Origin: Klebsiella phage vB_KpnP_PRA33
DNA: 40,605 bases
Reading direction: 5' to 3' (one strand)
Sequence record: KY652723.1
The notes below the pieces were generated by a model. The model saw only the letters and a list, made by a program, of their open reading frames with translations. It ran no database searches and had not been told where the DNA came from. Position numbers and translations under genes: made by a program. Shown here piece after piece: positions 37,353 through 40,605 of the stretch (positions within the stretch are counted from its first letter, which is position 1; each line of letters opens with the position of its first letter).

Positions 37353-37607
37353 ATGGACCTGATTAAGTTCCTCGAAATGTTAGACACTGAGATGGCGCAG
37401 CAGATGCTCATGGACCTGAAGAATCCAGATAAGCGGACCCCTCAGCTGTACAACGCCATTGGTAAACTACTGGAGCGCCACAAGTTCCAAATCTCTAAGC
37501 TGACCCCTGACGTTAACATCTTGGGCGGACTGGCTGAGGGTCTGGAGGCTTACAACTCCAAGGTGGGCGCTGATGGTCTGACAGAAGACGATAAATACAC
37601 TCACTGA
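37353..37607 (+). CDS. 18: Terminase small subunit (gp18)
   Basis: 84 aa. ...FLEMLDT.MAQ.ML.DL.......PQLYNAI.KLL.RHKFQI.KL.PDV.ILGGLA..LE.Y...VG..GLT.DD.YT matches T7 gp18. Confidence 0.85.
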   Translation: MDLIKFLEMLDTEMAQQMLMDLKNPDKRTPQLYNAIGKLLERHKFQISKLTPDVNILGGLAEGLEAYNSKVGADGLTEDDKYTH

Positions 37608-37608
37608 T

Positions 37609-37650
37609 GGTAATACTCAAGGTTCCTGAGGGAGCCTTTATGGATTATCA
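37609..37650 (+). promoter_or_regulatory. RNase III-type processing hairpin (R18.5-like)
   Basis: ACTCAAGGTTCCTGAGGGAGCCTTTATGGATTATC. Confidence 0.45.
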
Positions 37651-37666
37651 ATAGTAGGAGAACAAA

Positions 37667-37780
37667 ATGAACTGGATGTTATTCTGGATTATCGTAGACG
37701 TGGTGTTTGCGGTAGGTCTACTCGTCACCATAACTAGTAGCAGCCCTAGGGCTAGTCACTATGAAGACGGTGCAGGTTAG
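37667..37780 (+). CDS. Hypothetical small membrane protein between genes 18 and 18.5
   Basis: 37 aa MNWMLFWIIVDVVFAVGLLVTITSSSPRASHYEDGAG. T7 has no gene here. Confidence 0.3.
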   Translation: MNWMLFWIIVDVVFAVGLLVTITSSSPRASHYEDGAG

Positions 37781-37788
37781 GAGGCATT

Positions 37789-38235
37789 ATGCTGGAAATT
37801 ACAAAGAGAATAGTACCGTATCTTGTGGTTATCATGGTGTTCGCCTTCGGGTGGCACTTCGGTTCACAATCTATGGACACCAAGTGGAAGGAGGTAGTAC
37901 AGAATGAGTACGTTAAGAAGCAAACGGCTAGAGCTGAAACTCAGAAAGCGATTGACGCAGTATCGGCTAAGTACCAAGCAGACCTTGAAGGGCTGGAAGG
38001 CAGCACTGATAGGATTATTGCTGATTTGCGTAGCGACAATAAGCGGTTGCGCGTCAAAGTCAAACCTACCAGTGTCCCCGCAGGACCAGACGGTCGATGC
38101 CTCGTTGATGGTTCCGTCGAACTACACGAAGCAACTGCTCGAAGTCTTATCGCAATAACTAAGAAGGCCGACCTCAAAGAGAAGGCCCTACAGGACACTA
38201 TTCGTAAGCTACAGCGGAAAGGAGGTGAACATTGA
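37789..38235 (+). CDS. 18.5: i-spanin (Rz-like, gp18.5)
   Basis: 148 aa with an N-terminal TM. ML.....I.P......VFAFGWH.GS.SMD.KWK..V.NEYVK.......[37 protein letters not shown]... Confidence 0.85.
   Translation: MLEITKRIVPYLVVIMVFAFGWHFGSQSMDTKWKEVVQNEYVKKQTARAETQKAIDAVSAKYQADLEGLEGSTDRIIADLRSDNKRLRVKVKPTSVPAGPDGRCLVDGSVELHEATARSLIAITKKADLKEKALQDTIRKLQRKGGEH
37985..38158 (+). CDS. 18.7: o-spanin (Rz1-like lipoprotein, gp18.7) embedded in the +1 frame of Rz
   Basis: TTG-initiated [22 protein letters not shown] has a lipobox (ISGC) followed by a Pro-rich mature part. The frame is open from 37904 if an upstream ATG is used instead. Confidence 0.6.
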   Translation: MKGWKAALIGLLLICVATISGCASKSNLPVSPQDQTVDASLMVPSNYTKQLLEVLSQ

Positions 38236-39989
38236 GTAACTCTCAGCAAGCCAAGAACGCCTTAATCATTGCGCAACTGAAGGGTGACTTTGTTGCCTTT
38301 CTCTTTGTGCTCTGGAAGGCCCTGAACCTACCGGAACCAACCAAGTGTCAAATCGACATGGCCAAGTGTCTGGCTAACCCAAAGAACAAGAAGTTTATCC
38401 TTCAGGCTTTCCGTGGTATCGGGAAGTCGTTCATCACGTGTGCGTTCGTAGTGTGGACCCTGTGGCGTGACCCTCAGTTAAAGATACTGATTGTCTCAGC
38501 CTCAAAGGAACGTGCGGACGCTAACTCCATCTTCATCAAGAACATCATCGACTTGTTGCCTTTCCTGAGTGAGCTTAAGCCTCGCCCCGGTCAGCGTGAC
38601 TCCGTGATTAGCTTTGATGTAGGCCCTGCCAAGCCAGACCACAGCCCGTCAGTTAAGTCTGTGGGTATTACGGGTCAGCTTACTGGTAGCCGTGCTGATA
38701 TCATCATTGCGGATGACGTTGAGATTCCCGGTAACTCTGCAACACAGGGTGCTCGTGAGAAACTCTGGACGTTGGTTCAGGAGTTCGCTGCACTGTTGAA
38801 ACCGCTGCCGACTAGCCGTGTTATCTATCTGGGCACCCCTCAGACCGAGATGACGCTCTACAAGGAACTTGAGGACAACCGCGGGTACTCCACCATCATC
38901 TGGCCTGCGCAGTATCCTCGCTCCAAAGAGGAAGACTTGTACTATGGTGACCGACTGGCTCCTATGCTACGTAGCGAGTACGATGAGGACAAAGAGGGTC
39001 TCAGTAGCCAACCTACCGACCCGGTTCGGTTCGACTCTATGGACCTTCAGGAGCGTGAGGTGGAATACGGCAAGGCTGGCTATACGCTTCAGTTCATGCT
39101 CAACCCGAACCTCAGTGACGCCGAGAAGTACCCTCTACGCCTCCGTGACGCCATCGTGTGCGGTCTACAGGCGGACAAGGCCCCAATGCACTACCAGTGG
39201 CTACCGAACCGTCAGAACCGCAATGAGGAGCTTCCTAACGTGGGCATGAAGGGTGATGAGATTTACTCCTTCCATACAGCCTCCAGTAACACTGGTGCGT
39301 ATCAGGGTAAGATTCTGGTCATTGACCCTAGTGGTCGCGGTAAGGATGAGACTGGCTGGTGCGTGCTGTACACCCTCAACGGTTACATCTACTTGATGGA
39401 CGCTGGTGGTACTCGTGGTTACGAAGAGAAGTCCCTTGAGTTCCTCGCTAAGAAAGCCAAACAGTGGCAGGTACAGACTGTGGTCTTCGAGAGTAACTTC
39501 GGTGACGGTATGTTCGGTAACGTATTCCAGCCTGTGCTCCTGAAGCATCACCCAGCGCAACTCGAAGAGATTCGTGCTCGTGGTATGAAAGAGGTCCGCA
39601 TCTGCGATACTCTTGAGCCTGTACTGGCAAGTCACCGCTTGGTCATCCGTGACGAGGTTATCCGACAGGACTACCAGACGGCACGTGATGCAGACGGTAA
39701 GCACGCTCTGAAGTACAGCCTGTTCTACCAGATGACCCGTATGAGTCGTGAGAAGGGCGCTGTGGCACACGACGACCGACTTGATGCGTTAGCATTAGGT
39801 GTCGAGTTCCTACGCTCTACGATGCAGCAGGACGCTGTGAAGATAGAGGCTGAGGTACTTCAGGAGTTCTTAGAGCACCACATGGAGAAACCCCTGAGTA
39901 ACATCTCACAGTTCCGAGCCACCAGCAGCAACGGTGTGGACATCCGGTGGGAAGACGATGGGGACGACTCTATGTTCATCGCGTGGTGA
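38232..39989 (+). CDS. 19: Terminase large subunit (gp19)
   Basis: 585 aa, apparent TTG start 11 nt after GGAGGTG. ...[197 protein letters not shown] is nearly identical to T7 gp19. Confidence 0.97.
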   Translation: MSNSQQAKNALIIAQLKGDFVAFLFVLWKALNLPEPTKCQIDMAKCLANPKNKKFILQAFRGIGKSFITCAFVVWTLWRDPQLKILIVSASKERADANSIFIKNIIDLLPFLSELKPRPGQRDSVISFDVGPAKPDHSPSVKSVGITGQLTGSRADIIIADDVEIPGNSATQGAREKLWTLVQEFAALLKPLPTSRVIYLGTPQTEMTLYKELEDNRGYSTIIWPAQYPRSKEEDLYYGDRLAPMLRSEYDEDKEGLSSQPTDPVRFDSMDLQEREVEYGKAGYTLQFMLNPNLSDAEKYPLRLRDAIVCGLQADKAPMHYQWLPNRQNRNEELPNVGMKGDEIYSFHTASSNTGAYQGKILVIDPSGRGKDETGWCVLYTLNGYIYLMDAGGTRGYEEKSLEFLAKKAKQWQVQTVVFESNFGDGMFGNVFQPVLLKHHPAQLEEIRARGMKEVRICDTLEPVLASHRLVIRDEVIRQDYQTARDADGKHALKYSLFYQMTRMSREKGAVAHDDRLDALALGVEFLRSTMQQDAVKIEAEVLQEFLEHHMEKPLSNISQFRATSSNGVDIRWEDDGDDSMFIAW

Positions 39990-40069
39990 TTATGCAGGGA
40001 TTGTGCATAAGGATTCATTAGGCCACGGAAGGCCGCTTTAGGAAAACTCTAAGTATAACAGACACTTGG

Positions 40070-40092
40070 AATTAGGTAGCACTATAGGGAGA
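40070..40092 (+). promoter_or_regulatory. Phage promoter (phiOR-like, class III consensus)
   Basis: AATTAGGTAGCACTATAGGGAGA. Confidence 0.8.
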
Positions 40093-40233
40093 GACCCAAG
40101 GTTACATACTATAAGACTACTTAAAGTTTCATTCATATAGATATGCACTTTAAGTCTCCTCTATGAGAGAGGGTAGTGATGATAATATCACCCTCTAACT
40201 ATAAGACACTAAGAGCCAACATGAGGAGGACCT

Positions 40234-40383
40234 ATGCGCTTATTGTTAACCTTACTGCGCCATAGGACTACTTGGCGATTTCTGCTGGTACTTGCTGGTG
40301 CCCTTGGGGCTTCACTGGTTACTCAGCAACAACTCGGTGGACTGGAGACTCTCGTGTGCTCTCTATTCACTTGTAGCGATTAG
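40234..40383 (+). CDS. 19.5: gp19.5-like small hydrophobic protein
   Basis: 49 aa MRLLLTLLRHRTTWRFLLVLAGALGASLVTQQQLGGLETLVCSLFTCSD, RBS GAGGAGG. Same size and character as T7 gp19.5 (...LLRHR..YRFL.VL...LG...L........E..VCS..TCSD). Confidence 0.6.
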   Translation: MRLLLTLLRHRTTWRFLLVLAGALGASLVTQQQLGGLETLVCSLFTCSD

Positions 40384-40572
40384 GGTCTTCCTGACGCGCT
40401 AGGGATTCCGTAGTGATGCTTATCAGCATACACCACTCCATCCCTCTACAGTCAATACTTAAAGTTAACCTTAGGTGGCTCATTGGGTCTACCTACGGGT
40501 CTATGCACTTACCTGAGGAATACCTGAGGTTACCTTTAAGAATTTGACATAAAGTTCTGAGTGTACATCTCA

Positions 40573-40605
40573 CAGTTTACACTTTTGGCTATCCCCCCCA
40601 GTACC
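40573..40605. repeat. Start of the direct terminal repeat / physical left terminus of the genome (TCTCACAG...)
   Basis: ATCTCACAGTTTACACTTTTGGCTATCCCCCCAGTACC resembles the T7 genome terminus TCTCACAGTGTACGGACCTAAAGTTCCCCCATAGGGGGTACC. The repeat continues into window positions 1 to about 175. Confidence 0.45.

Noticed and set aside
38869-39249. 126-aa alternative-frame ORF inside the large terminase gene (19.2/19.3-like)
   Set aside because: T7 has annotated hypothetical overlapping ORFs here, but this one is Arg/Thr/Ser-rich off-frame sequence with no RBS, so it cannot be supported from sequence alone.
40546-40575. TTGACA hexamer near the right end, considered as a sigma70 promoter
   Set aside because: There is no acceptable -10 element at 16-18 bp spacing. 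The region is the junction with the terminal repeat rather than an early promoter region.

Overview
The window is a complete, collinear T7/T3-like podophage genome (Autographiviridae, Studiervirinae architecture), about 40.6 kb, with every gene on the + strand. Gene order follows T7: early genes 0.3 (T3-type SAM hydrolase), 0.7 kinase and gene 1 single-subunit RNA polymerase; DNA-metabolism genes 1.1, 1.2, 1.3 ligase, 2, 2.5 SSB, 3 endonuclease, 3.5 amidase, 4 primase-helicase, 5 DNA polymerase and 6 exonuclease; structural and lysis genes 6.7, 7.3, 8 portal, 9 scaffold, 10A/10B capsid, 11, 12, 13-16 internal core, 17 tailspike, 17.5 holin, 18 and 19 terminase, 18.5/18.7 spanins and 19.5. Thirteen copies of a phage-specific promoter (consensus AATTAGGTAGCACTATAGGGAGA) punctuate the genome. 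A conserved family of RNase III-type hairpins, an early terminator and a Tphi-like terminator are also visible. The window is circularly permuted relative to the physical genome: a T7-like left terminus (TCTCACAG...) lies at about 40574, and the terminal repeat continues across the window end into positions 1 to about 175. The most interesting departures from T7 are a 1243-aa gene 17 product (gp17 adaptor, large beta-helix-like module and C-terminal self-cleaving chaperone domain), an HNH homing endonuclease wedged between genes 3 and 3.5, a 187-aa membrane/coiled-coil ORF between the two phi1.1 promoters at the presumed primary origin, a gene 10 frameshift extension with an Ig-like domain, non-homologous ORFs at the 0.4-0.6 and 5.9 anti-defence positions, and a divergent RNAP specificity loop matching the distinct promoter. 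No tRNA, CRISPR or integrase was seen.
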